From Heptranchias perlo (Eukaryota), in contig NC_090340.1 in the NCBI RefSeq assembly GCF_035084215.1, positions 5,642,001-5,706,000 on the forward strand: a stretch of DNA of 64,000 nucleotides. The letters run 5' to 3'. The notes below the pieces were generated by a model. It saw only the letters and a list, made by a program, of their open reading frames with translations, ran no database searches and was not told the origin of the DNA. The position numbers and the translations under genes were made by a program. The stretch's first letter is position 1; each line of letters starts with the position of its first letter. This document shows, in pieces, positions 11,796-24,509 of the stretch.

Positions 11796-13433
11796 CTGCA
11801 ATACGTTCCCTGGTCTCGCCCGCTCGACTTTCGTGATCTCCTCCATCCATACATCCCACAAGCAACCGCGGCTCCTCTGACATCACGTTGCACCTTGTCA
11901 CCTCCTCCTCTGATCCACCACGGGGCGTAGCAGTTTTCGCCATTGTGTACGTTGCCATCTCTGAATCGACCTGGCTTACTTGTTCCTTCATAAGACTTAA
12001 AGTATATGCTAAAACCGTTTCATTCGCCTGTAGCTTCCTCAAACTTAGGTTATTTTTTTCATACCACTAAGTCACCATTTCTTTACTCCCATTCAATAAG
12101 ACGTTCTGAGCGTCCTGTATAAAGGCAAGTTTATGTTTAAACAATGTTCGCTGCCAGTACACTTGAGTCATTTCTCTGCAAGATTTATTTTTTGGTCTTT
12201 TGATGAATTGCACTTTCAGATATCGCAATTTTTAACGTTTCACATCATCAACAACGCTTCCTCTTATGTCACCAATTGGATCAGTGAGCACCAAGCCGCA
12301 AAAAATATAAGAAATGTGAAATTTATGAATAACGGAAATGGAAAGTTAATCTTGAGAGAAGTGGAGACGAAATTTAGGGACCTGAAATAATTTGGTTTAC
12401 ATTTGGAGTAAACTTGCTAAAATATGATAAAGCAATATCATTTGTGAAAAGAGTGGTGAATTCTTTGCCGAACTGGTTTCTGAATAATACGGGTTTCAAT
12501 TTAAATGTTATTTAAATATCCTAATCACGAGTATTGTTTAGTGAAACGCAGTTTATTTGGTGTGCACACAACTCTTCAGGAAAACACAATAATCCGATCT
12601 ATCAACGTTCTCGAATTATATACTTGAAACTTATTTGAAGATATGTTTGGAGATTCATGGCAATAGCACAAATGCAAACAATTGAGATGAATGTTTTTGA
12701 GTTTTAGTGAATACCTTCTTAATGTAAGTTATTTTTCAACATTCAGAATGAAAAAAATCCGTATATGGATGTTCACTTAGGACTAAACCAAATCTGTTGT
12801 CTCCATCGTACTCTGTCCACGTTGTGGCTTGAATTTCCAGTGCTCCATTTCATGAAGGAAAGTGAAGCGAACTTGCCCACGGCCCTTTTGCTGACCACTG
12901 ACAGCGAAGCTGTATAAAATGTGTCGGTCTTCCGTATTAAAACAACCACTGTTTGGGTGAAAGGAGTTGGGCCAGGTAATTGGGAGCTAATACAGGAGTT
13001 AACGAACCGCTGCAGCTTAAAAGGGAATGTTTAACATTTGTGGCATTGGTCAGGAGCTGAGAGTTCTGGCAACCAAACGTGATCTTCAAATTTCGCTGAA
13101 CCAAAATGGGTATATTACTGGAAGCTGTGACAGCAAGAATGGCAATGCTGTTTTCACATGAGGAAATTGAGCGATGCAGTCACAGTGTGGGTATAGTGGA
13201 TGTAGCTGGCTAAAATTGTTAGTGCCTCTTGTGCATCCCTTCATGATCAGCAGGGAACAAGTGATAGTGTACCAGAATTAGGAAAGCAAATGCCGCACAA
13301 ATCCGAGTGAATTCATACATATAAATCAAAAAAATATCTGTATTGGACTTCTCGATCTCTCTTTCATATATGTTAAACATTCGCTAAACGCCGGGATATA
13401 CTACTTCTAGCACTTTTCCATTCTGATCAACAA

Positions 13434-14075
13434 AGGGCCAGAAATCGCTCCCGAAATTACAGAGGAGCTCAAAAGCGCTCTCAGTTTTCAGTAGTAAATT
13501 TCAGCATCAAGTTCCCACATTTGCACATGCGCAGTGAAACGCGGAAATCTGGAGCTTGCCCTTCGAGGTTCCCCGGCGAAATGAGAGCTTCGAATCAAAC
13601 AACCATGGCACGCTGCAATCAGAGAAATCATTGAAAAAGCGCAACAATGCTTATTTGTTGAACTGGAAAATAACTAAATACGCCACCAAATAGGTACACA
13701 TAAAAATGCCAGATCGAAACTACGTTTTAACAGCGCGGTTAGTCTTAAAGACTGTCAAACAATTAAAATTAACTTTTAAAAATGTGGGGTCTAATATTAC
13801 TCCCTATTTTAATAGTTTTTGGCTGTTAAAAAATAAAAATGGAAAAAATATATATTTTTTAAATTTTCCCTTCTGTCTTTTTAATTTAATTCAATTATTT
13901 ATTTGGCTTTTTTTTATTTGCAATGACATATAGAATATTACCTTTAACTGAATGAAGATTGCTTGCCTGCTTGGGCAATGGAGACTGAACCTGTGGGCGT
14001 GACTTCTCTTCCTGACAGATTTTGGCGTGTCCTCTCCTCATACACTTTTCCAGCCGCGCAGCAATTCTGGCTGCT
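13434..14075. mobile_element. Possible non-autonomous DNA transposon (MITE-like)
   Basis: Imperfect terminal inverted repeats gggccagaaatcgct (~13435) and agcaattctggctgc (~14060); no coding capacity. Confidence 0.3.
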
Positions 14076-14204
14076 TCCAGGCTGGGTTGATAGCGCAGCA
14101 TTGTATTTAAATTTCACATTCAATCAATTCGACGCCACAGAGCCCGCAGAAATAGTTGTTACATTAATTTAATTCACAGGAGCTGCGGTGATCATTGTCT
14201 TTAT

Positions 14205-15355
14205 ACAAGATCAGAGCTCATGGTGTTGGGGGTAATATACTGGCATGGATAGAGGATTGGCTAACGAACAGAAAATAAAGAGTTGGGATAAAAGTATAAT
14301 TTTCAAAATGGCAATCTGTAACTAGTGGGGTGCTGCAGGGATCGGTGCTGGGGCCTCAACTATTTACAATATATATCAGTGACTTCGATGAAGGACCAGA
14401 GTGTATTTTGACCAAATTTGCTGAAGGTACAAAGGTAGGTGGAAAATCAAGTTGCGAGGAGGACACAAAGTGTCTGCAAAGGGATATTGACATGTTAAGC
14501 GAATGGGCAAAAATTTGTCAGATGGAATACAATCTGGGAAAATCTGAACAAATCCACTTTGGGAGGAGCAATAAAAATGCAAAATATTATTTGAATTGAG
14601 AAATAGTACAAAATGCTGCGATACAGAGGGATCCAGATGTCCTCCTACAAGAAACACAAAAAGTCAACAGACAGTTGCAGCAGTTAATCCGGAAGGCAGG
14701 TGGAATATTGGCCATTATTTCTCGAGGGACGGAATCTCAAAGCAGGAAAGTCATACTAAAACTGTACAGGGTGCTGGTGAGACCACACCTGGAGTACTGC
14801 GTACAGTTATGGTGCCGTTATTATGGAAACATGTACTTGCATTGGAGTCAGTTCAGAGAAGTTTCACTCGGTTGATTCTGGGTATGAAAGGGTTGTCTTA
14901 TGAGGAAAGATTGAACAGGTTGGATCTATATTCATTGGAGTTTAGAAGAATGAGAGGAGATCTTATTGAAACATATAAGATTCAGAAGGGACTCGATAGG
15001 GTAGATGCTGAGAGGATGTTACCCCTCATGGGGGGATCAAAAACTAGGGGGCATAGTCTCAGAATAAGGGGTCGCCCGTTTAAGACGGAGATAAGGAGGA
15101 ATTTATTCCACAGAGGGGCGTGAATCTTTGACATTCTTTACCCCAAAAAGTTGTGGAGGCTGAGTCATTGAATTTATTCAAGGCTGGGTGAGACATTTTT
15201 TTTATCTGCAGGGGAGTCAAAGGATATAGGGAAAAGGCAGGAAAGTGGAGTTGAGGTAAAAGTCAGATCAGCCATGATCTCTTTAAATGGCGCAGCACGC
15301 TCGAAGGGCCAAATGGCCGACTCCTGCTCCTATCTCTGATGGTCTTATGATCTTA
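14205..15355 (+). mobile_element. CR1 LINE 3' fragment
   Basis: QGSVLGPQLF, RPHLEYCVQ, RGDLIETYKI motifs; tcttatga tail. Confidence 0.85.
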
Positions 15356-15914
15356 TACATATTTCCTCCAGTGCAGATTCATATGATATCAAAGGATTAA
15401 TTCAGCCCATTATTCACTTAATAAATTTCAGTTTCAACCAGAAGGGCTCCAGTAAACGTTGTCAAAGATTTATCTTGACTGAGTTGTCAATCAAATCTTT
15501 CAACTGGATAAGTTATCACTTGCATTGTGTAGATGTGTCTTTCGAGGAGTTAAAGCCTCGGAGGACAGCTACGAGAACAAAGAAGGCGTGTCGTTGAATG
15601 TTTGTCAGCGAAAGTCTCTCTCTGGTAAATGAATCTGACTTTCCAAACCTTCTCACAGGAGCTCATAGTTAAGAATTAATCTTTTCCTGACAGCCGCCAC
15701 CACCACCCCCACCATTGACGGTCTGATTATATATAAGGCCTTCATTAACAAAATCTTCAGTGTCACGTATCTATCTGATTATACTCTGTCACGCAAATGT
15801 CCACCCATTTGTATTACATAACATATCATCAAAATGTTACTAATATCAGGATATATTGAATGAAAGAAAATCCTTAAACCTATTTCTACCGAAGTAGTCA
15901 CATATATAAGTCAT

Positions 15915-16990
15915 CACCTGCATTCTGGAGGGGGAGGGTGAACAGCCGGTAGTCGTGGTCCATATCGGAACCAACGACACAGGTAAAAAAAAAGGGATGA
16001 GATCCGGCAAGGTGAATTCAAGGAGTTAGGAGATATATCAAAAAGCAGAACCTCAAAGGTAATGATCTCAGGATTACTAGCAGTGTCACGTGCTAGTGAG
16101 TATAGGAACAGGATACATGCATGGCTGCAGGGATGGTGTAGAGGGAGGAATTTAATTTCCTGGGACATTGGGACCGGTTCTGGGGAAGGTGGGACCTGTA
16201 CAAGCAAGACGGGTTACACCCGAGCAGGACGGGGACCAATGTCCTCGCGGGGGTGTTTGCTAGTGCTTTTAGGGAAGGTTTAAACTAGAGTGGCAGGAGG
16301 ATGGGAACCTGAGCGGGGAGTCAGAACGGAGTAAATTTGAGAGTAGCAAGCGAGGGCAGACCCAGGGGAAATTTACAATACAAATAGTATAAACATTTGT
16401 TCAAGAGCAAGTGAAAGGGAAAAGCGTAGAACATCAGAAAGAAAGTGTACTTTAGGCAATACAGATATAGTGAAAACTAGAAGGTGTAAGGCGATTAACC
16501 CAGCGTCAAAGCTGAAGGTCAGGCTAGGGTGTGTGGTCCAACTAAGAGTTCGATATACAAATGCACGGAGTATAAGGAATAAATTAAATGAACTACAGGT
16601 TCAAATTCAAATTGCAGGGTATGACATGATAGTTATTACTGAGACGTGGCTGCAGGATGGTCAGGATTAGGAATTAAATATACTGGGCTATAATGTCTAC
16701 AGGAGAGACAGGGAAAATGGAAGAGGGGGAGGAGTAGCCTTAGTGATTGGAGTTGAAATCACTTCAATGATAAAGGAAGATATAATGAGAGGTAAGCAGC
16801 CAATAGAGACTCTATGGGTTGAATTGAGAAATAGCAAAGGATCGAAGACTACAGTGGGAGTTTTGTATAGGATCCTGGCAGCAGCTCCGAAGTGCTCGAT
16901 TGTATAAATGCAGAGATTAGACAAGCGTGTAACAAAGGCATAGTGGTCTTAATGGGAAACTTTAACCTTCACATAGATTGGGAAAAGCAG
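15915..16990 (+). mobile_element. CR1 LINE 5' fragment (ORF1 SGNH-like end plus start of ORF2 endonuclease)
   Basis: VVVHIGTND-type ORF1 motif at ~15950; YTNARSIRNK...ITETWL endonuclease motif; MGNFNLHIDW. Confidence 0.8.
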
Positions 16991-18719
16991 ACTCGCAAGT
17001 TGTCAACACATGAATGTTTATTTTACTTGAACTCTTCTTGGACCTCTTCGTTTTCAAAATATTCTGCTATATTAAGCCTGAGTACATTTTATCTTTCCGA
17101 AATTATCGCAAATTCAGGGGGTAGTCTAGATGAGGGATGTTAGTTACTTTTATCGCAACAGCTCCCCATCCCACACCAGGAATAGTTTAAAATTGAACTG
17201 GTATTATTGGATTGACAGGACTTGGCAATGTTTAATTTTATTTTCAAAGAAAACACTCTTTGATACACAGCACTGGACAGGAACCACCGCGAAAGGACTC
17301 TTTATTAAAATAACAATTTGGTTAAATCCTTCAGGTCAATGTTCCCTTCTCGAGTGCTTGAACAGAAGCTCATTTATCAATATATCTTAACAATTTTAAT
17401 TTCAGAATCACATGATGCGCAGGCTTTGTGGTTTTGCTGCAGAGACAGGAATTCTTGCAATTACTTTTGGACGTAAAACCCATATCCCCACAACCATCAC
17501 ACTGGAGCACTTTGTCCGAGAAGAAAACAAACGGCTCGGAATGGGTTAAGGCTGAGTCTTTGTAAGAAAATGTCTCGGTACAATTTGTCAGCAGACTGTG
17601 ACTTTTCACGATTCTTAACACTACTGGATATCCTTCTGACAACAATACCTTTCCAGCAGAGGCTGCTCCGTAACTCTGCTGAATTATTTTCATGTGAAAG
17701 AACAACTCTCGGTAAACCTGCGCCATCACCACTGACGCGGTCCCGAAAAACACGGTCACCTGCTACAAAATAAGAGAAAATCTATTCTGGCTCTTCTTGA
17801 GAGCCCAGTGGATTAATCGAATCACGTGCATTTGCCAATTCCTGATTTCTTTCTGTCATCGTGGGGAAATAGCCATTCAAATTAAGAAATCTAAGACTGA
17901 ACAATGCCCGATATATATTTACATTGAACAATGCAAAGTTATTTTTTGGTGAATATTTACTATAATGATTGAAATCAGATGCCTTTGGAAGAGGTTAACT
18001 TATTCCCGTGGAAAAGAAGGGGAAGCCAATTTCATCGTCATTATGCGTCAAGCAAATTTAAAATAAATTGAAAGAAATTTTGCCCAATGAAAAGGAACCA
18101 AACTTCATTTTTTCCGAAATCTTGGTGTCCTGAACAGTGATCCTGTGGATTTAGTAAATTTAGAGTCACCGATCTTACATAGGATTAATCTCGCACAAAG
18201 ATCCTAATACAGTTAATTTGCTGCAAATAAATTTGAGCTCCTCTTTGACTTCCAATGATCGAAACATAAACCGTGAGGGCACAAAAGTTTTATCATTTTT
18301 TTTGCATCATTAAGAATTTAAAAATTGTTAAAACAAGCAGAAATCATTCCTGTCAGGCAAGATATCATTTTAGTTTCTTAATCACGATGGAAGACAGTAA
18401 AGTGCAGGCAAAATAATTTCAGTGCTGTGCTCCAAGGCTCCCACCAACCTCGATGGTAACCCTTCAGAAGTGACCAAAAGGCCTGGGTTTCCCGCAATCT
18501 TCACTGACTTTATGATGGGATATTTGGATAACCGCCGCGGAAATTGCAAGCATGCGGTTGATAGCCTATTACATCGTTCAAACTTAAGTTCGGCCTCAAT
18601 AATCTACATATAGCCTTGGACTTTTACCGAACAGGCTTAATTCAAGTTACCTGGGGTTATTTTAGACCACGTGGAAGATCCAGGCTTAATTTGTCGGATG
18701 CATCATGGCAAAAAATGCA

Positions 18720-20430
18720 GCGTCCTTCAAAGCAGAGGGCTCGTGTATAAAAATCGTTGAAAGTGGCAGCACAAGTTGAGAAGGCAGTTGAAAAAAAAAA
18801 TGAGATCTTGGGCTTCATTAATAGAGGTAAAGTGTACAAAAGCAATGAAGTTAAGCTAAACATTTATCATACACTAGTGAGGCCTCAGCTATAGTATTGT
18901 GATCAATTCTGGGCACCATATTTTAGGAAAGATGTCAACACCTTAGAGAAGGTGCAGAAGAGATTTACTAGAATAGTAACAGGAATGTGGGACTCAGTTA
19001 TGTGGAGAGATTGAATAGACTGGAGAAGCTGGAGTTCTTCTCCTTAGAGGAGAAAAGGCGAGAAGATTTGATAGATATGTTCAAAATCGTGAACGGTAGT
19101 CTATTTATTCATTCAAGGGATGTGGGCGTCGCTGGGAAGGCCAGCATTTATTGACCTCCCCTAATTGCCCTTGAGAAGGTGGATGTGAGCCGCCTTCTTA
19201 AGCAGCTGCAGTATGTGTTGAAGGTCCTGTGAGATAGGGAGTTCCAGGATTTTGACCCAGCGATGATGAAGGAATGGCGATTTATTTCCAAGTCAGAATG
19301 GTGGGTGAATTGGAGGGGATTTTGCAGCTGGTGGTGCTCTCATGCGCCTGCTGTCCTTGTCCTTCTAAATGTTACAGGTCACGAGTTTGGGAGGTGCTGT
19401 AGAAGTAATTTTGGCGTGTTGCTGCAGTGCATCTTGTAGATGGTACACACTGCAGCCACGCTGCACTGGTGGTGGAGAGATTGAACGTTTATGATGGTGA
19501 ATGGGATGCCAATCATTCCGGCTGCTTTGTCCTGGAAGGTGTCGAGCTTCTTGAGTGTTATTGGAGCTGCACTCAACCAGGCAAGTGGAAAGTATCATAT
19601 CACACTGCCTACTTGTGCCTTGTAGATGGAGGAAAGGCTTTTGGACGTCAGGAGGTGAGTCACTCGCCGCAGAACACCCAGTCTCCTACGTGCTCTTGTA
19701 GCCACTGTATCAATGTGGTTGGTCCAGTTAAGTTTCTGGACAATGGTGACCCCCAGGATGTTGATAGTAGGGTTTTTCGTCGATGAAAATGCCATTGAAT
19801 GCCAATGGGAGGCGGTTGGATTATCTCTTGTTGCAAATGTTCATTACCTGGCATTTGTTTGGCAAGAATGTTACTTCCTATTTATCAGCCCAAGTCTGGA
19901 TGTTGTCCAGGTGTTGCTGCCTGCAGGCACGGGCTGGTTCATTATCTGAGGAATTGAGAAGAACGCTGAACACTGTGGAATCATCAGCAAACATACCGAC
20001 TTCTGACCTTATGTGGGTGGGGAGGGGGGGTTAGGTCATTGATGAAGTGAAGAAGTAATGAAGAAGTAATAAAGAAGTACTGAAATAATGAAGTTCTTTG
20101 ATTCAGTAAATAATGAGAAACAGCTTCCAGTAGCTGAAGGGCCGGTAACCAGAGGACACAGATAAAAGGTGACTGGCAAAAGAACCAGAGCAGACACGAG
20201 GAAACATTTGTTACGCAGAGTGATATTATGCTCTGGAATGCGCTGCCTGAAAGGGTGGTGGAAGCAAATTAGTAAAAACTTCCCAAAGGGAATTGGATAA
20301 ATACTTGAAGGGAAAAAAATTGCAACACTATGAGGAAAAAACAGGAGATTGGGACTATCAAAGTGCCGGCACAGGCACGATGGGACAAAAGGCCTCCATC
20401 TGTGCTGGAACATGATACTATGATACTATG
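18720..20430 (+). mobile_element. CR1 3' fragment split by a nested LINE insertion
   Basis: CR1 sequence at 18720-19095 resumes at ~20085-20430 with a (gatactat)n tail. Confidence 0.7.
19100..20045 (-). mobile_element. CR1/L2-group LINE 3' fragment (different family)
   Basis: INILGVTIVQKLNWTNHI...LGVLRR...IYKAQV...SLHHQCSVAAVCTIYKMH, typical of an RT C-terminus. Confidence 0.75.
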
Positions 20431-21514
20431 ACACTGGCCTATGCAGACTACACCCGTGTAAACTGGACAGGGAGTCAGTGTCATGACCGGTATGCCTGTT
20501 TTCCAAAGTTCTTTACAAGAGAACGTGGATAGTTGATTATGAATAACGCAGCTATGTGCAATTGTTTTATAACCTCTACAATATTCGTGCTCTTTGCATG
20601 ATGCGGGCTGCCCTGTGTAAACTCTTCCACCACACTGAACGGAGATTATTATTTTGCGAATGAGGAAACTCAATGAATTTCAATGAGAGCTGTTGGAAGA
20701 TACTGACTACATGTTTGGGGAGAGAATACCAACTCCGAAACCCTTCTTTTCTTGTTACGCTGCTACTGGACACTGCTTTGGTGCATTCCGTCATTTGTGT
20801 CGAAGCAATGCAAAGAATGAAAGTAACAGTTTTACAAGATTCCCTCCAGCAAGATGAACCAGACAAGGCGGATCCCATTAATTTGCAGCTCACGAAGTCT
20901 ACTGCCTTAGTCAGAACATTTCAAGGAGAACGCACACTTGTACTTATTGCATCCGCCAAGCGATCGTTGGTCTCCGACAGGTGCCATTGGATACGCTTTA
21001 TGCTTCATGGTGGAATGCAGATCTTGCAACTTGTCAAAGCCCACTGCACAGATGCTGCTTCTGAATGGATTCCAACCAGTTGTTCATTCTGCGGTTTCCT
21101 GATCCTCTGTTACAAACTTCACTCGAAGCAGATACGCTGCTTCCTGAATAATCTCAACGTCTAACTCCTACCAGATTGGTATTGTTTTGCTGGGTTCGCG
21201 ACTGGTAGAGTGCTTGATTTTGTGGTCATGAACTTCTGGGCTGCTTACCACATTTGGCTTTGATTCATGACTCTTAATGGAAATCGATAGAAACACCAAG
21301 ATAAACATCTGTTACAATACGGGTTGCACGGAATTCCTCATGTTGCATGAGAAAATTCTTCTGTGTTTTTGAAAGAAGACGTGAATGTTTCATTGTGCCA
21401 GGAAAGGAAAATAATCAGCATTGATTCGTGCTGGTCTGCAACATATCAAGGCCCTTTTGAAATACTCAGCATAATTTTGTCTATAGGTTTCGCATCACGA
21501 ATTCTAAGAGAAGA

Positions 21515-22280
21515 CTGCGGCTCTTTTCCACAGAAAAGAGAAGTCTGAAGGGTGACCTGATAAAAGTCTTCAAGATTATGAAATGGTTTTGTAGGGTAGA
21601 TGTAGAAACGATGCCTCCACTTGTGGGGAGACCAGAACTAGTGGCCATGAATATATTCCAGCCACTGATAAATCCAATAGGGAATTCAGGAGTAACTTAT
21701 TTTCCGAGAGAGTGTTTCGAATGTGGAACTCGCTACCTTAAGGAGTAGTTAAGGCGACTGGCACAGATGCATTTAAGGGGCAGCTAGATAAACACGTGAG
21801 GGAGAAAGGAATAGAAGAACATGCTGATATGATTAGATGAAGTAAGGAGGGAGGAGGCTCGTGTGGAGCATCAACATGTTTGGCCGAATGGCATGTTACT
21901 GTGCTGTACATTGTGCAGAGGAGGTTTACTAGAATAGCAACAGGGATGAGGGACTTCAGTTACATGGAGAAACTAGAGAAGATGGGATTGTTCTTCTTAG
22001 AGCAGAGAAGGTTAATGGAAGGTTTACTGAGTGTTCAAAAGTATGAGGGATTTCGGTAGCGCACATAGGGAGAAACTATTTCCACTGACAGCACTGCCAG
22101 TAACCAAGGGGCACAGCGCACAGCTTTCAAATAATTGGCAAAAGCGCCAAGGCTGGGCGGGGGGTGGGTGGTGAGCAGTTTTTCTAAGCAGCGAATTGTT
22201 ATGATCTGGAATGCATTGCTTAAAAGAGTGCTGGAAGCAAATTCTATAGTAACTTTCAAAAGGGAATTTGATATATAATT
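21515..22280 (+). mobile_element. Two short degenerate CR1 3' fragments
   Basis: gggtgacctgata...tggaactcgctacc and gcagaggaggtttactag...tggaatgcattgc CR1 3' motifs. Confidence 0.65.
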
Positions 22281-24145
22281 AATCTCGTCAGCAGGAGTCT
22301 GACGAAGGGCCATTGACCTGAAACGTTAACTCTATTTCTTTTTCCACAGAAGCTGTCCGATTGTTGAGTATTTCCAGCATTCTCTGTTTTGATTTCACAT
22401 TTCCAGCATCCGCAGTATTTTGCTTTTCACATAGGACCTTAATAGCCTGCAGGCAGAAGCGACTGCAATCTCACGAACATGTTCTGAACCCAAGCCACAG
22501 AGGCGAATGACTAAGTCACTGCATCCCTCCGGCTCCTCGATGTTGCTGGTTATTGGATTGTTCGGTTATCGCGATGTTACAGTACGGTGTCCAAAGCCCA
22601 GTGCGCTGTGAATATCATGTTTTATTACGTGAATTACAAACACCAAAACGGTCCAGTTATTAACTGAGTATCTGGGTATCCATTCTGCACACAGGGCTGC
22701 AACAGCTTCATCTAGCTCTTCGTGGTGAATAACTGAGAATTTCTAGTATACATCTCGCACGTCGAAAATGCTATCTAATTTATACCGGCTAACAATTCGG
22801 ATCCTGATTGCGCCAAACAGGCTCAGAAAAGGGAGTTTTCTGCGCCTCCCTGTAGTCTCTGTGTATAGAGAGAACGTGAATGGATTGATGTGGACGGAAG
22901 TGTGACGTTAATGAGAAAGAGAGCAGTCAAGGAGGGGAGATCGAATCGAATTGCGGGCGGAGAATGTGATCGGAAAAATAGAGAGATAGAACGAAGTGAT
23001 GAAGGAGATTACTGCCCAATTGAAGGACAGAAAAGAAACGAAGTTTGTCGAATTGTCAGCGTCATCACCTGGACTAAAGGAAGCACAAAAAAGGTTGGAT
23101 ACAGGATGAGGAATTGAATCTGATTCGCTGACTAAGGCGTGACTAATTCGCTACTTCTTACACCGATGGGATCGCGATTATCACTGGGCTCCGACGAAGG
23201 CTCAAAAATGGGGTCCCGAATAGTAACAGGGCTGCCACAGCTTTACAAGGATTACCGCAATATAGAGTCGAAAAGCATAGAAGGAGGCCATTCGACCCAT
23301 CGCGCCTGAGCTGCCTCTGAAAGAGCGAACCAAGCAGTGCCACTCCCCCATTCTTTCTCCATATCCCTGCAATGTTTTCCATTCAAATATATGTCTAATT
23401 ATCTTTGGAAAGTTGTATTGAATGTGCTCCCATCACCCTTTCAGACAGTACATTCCAGATCACAACAATTCGCTACGTATAACAAACCCTTCTCATCTCT
23501 TGTAAGACTGTTTCGACCTGATTATTGGTTACAATAATCATCTTTTACTTAAACAAAAGCAAGGACTAATACATGCAATTATCTCGACATGTAATTATCA
23601 ATGAGCATGGAATCACATTACCCCGTTGTCCTCTGGGTGGAGAACGTAACTCAGTCACTGCCTCGAAACCTGCCTTCTTCCTTCATGCTGAGCTGGCTTC
23701 CTTCTCTGCAATTAAATGTTTGCTTGTTCTGGTATTTCAAAGGAACGTAAGGTATCTTAAACACAGCCTGGGTGCTTGATGTGGCTCGGGGCCGGTCTGT
23801 CTGCTAATGATTTCATTGTCCTGGCTAATCTCCAATATGAGCACATTTCAGCATTCATGGGATGCTTTCCACACACTATGGAATGGGGCCGACCTGTCTG
23901 CTCGTTCATGTTGTTTTTCCATTGTCACGGCGAACCTCGAAAATTAGTAAATCCTTATCTGACAATAACCTCTGAATGTGTTTATTTTTTCTTTAAGACA
24001 ACTTGAAATAATTAATCTTTCTAGTCTGCAGCCTGCTCATGGTGGAAAAATACTGAGTCTCTGTTAGAAAAACGCGAAGTGCTTGATAGATGACCAACAA
24101 AAGAATAACTTCCACCAATGGTGTTCCGCTGGAGTCTTAAAAAAG

Positions 24146-24509
24146 AAACATAGAAACACAGGAAATTGGAGCAGGGTTAGGCCATTCGGCCCTTCGATCC
24201 TGTTCCGCCATTCAATATGATCATTTTTGATCCTCTATCAGAATACCATATTCCTGCACTCTCCCCGTACCCCTTGATGCCTTTTGTGTCCAGACATCTA
24301 TCTATCTCTTTCTTAAATATATTTAGTGTCTTGGCCTCCACAGACTTCTGTGGTAGAGCATTCCACAGGTTCATCACCCTCTGAGTGGAGAAATTTTTCC
24401 TCATCTCAGTCCTAAATGTCCTACCACGTATCCTGAGACTGTGACCCCTCGTTCTGGACCCCCCCCCCCCCCCCAACCCTCCACCCCGGCAGAATTTTAT
24501 ATGTTTCAT
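24146..24509 (-). mobile_element. Older CR1 3' end, interrupted by the young CR1 and continuing at ~27141-27300
   Basis: RTRGHSLRIRGRTFRTEMRKNF..QRV.NLWN; (gaaacata) tail; continuation atcccctctcattttt at 27140. Confidence 0.75.

Larger units (their letters stand above)
1..13430 (+). repeat. Segmental duplication, copy A (paralogous to ~37310-55585)
   Basis: Colinear non-coding similarity, e.g. 38 'aaattccatctgccttt' ~ 37341 'aaaatcccatctgccttt'; promoter, exons and introns align; the last match is 'ttctagcacttttccattc' (~13405) ~ 'ttccagcactttcccattc' (~55556). The copy probably extends left of the window. Confidence 0.9.

Noticed and set aside
11239-12042. 267-aa ORF as a novel fusion protein
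   Set aside because: Chance read-through from an old repeat remnant into an inserted CR1 fragment.
20673-21164. 163-aa + strand ORF
   Set aside because: No recognisable domain, splice context or paralogue; cannot be supported as a gene.
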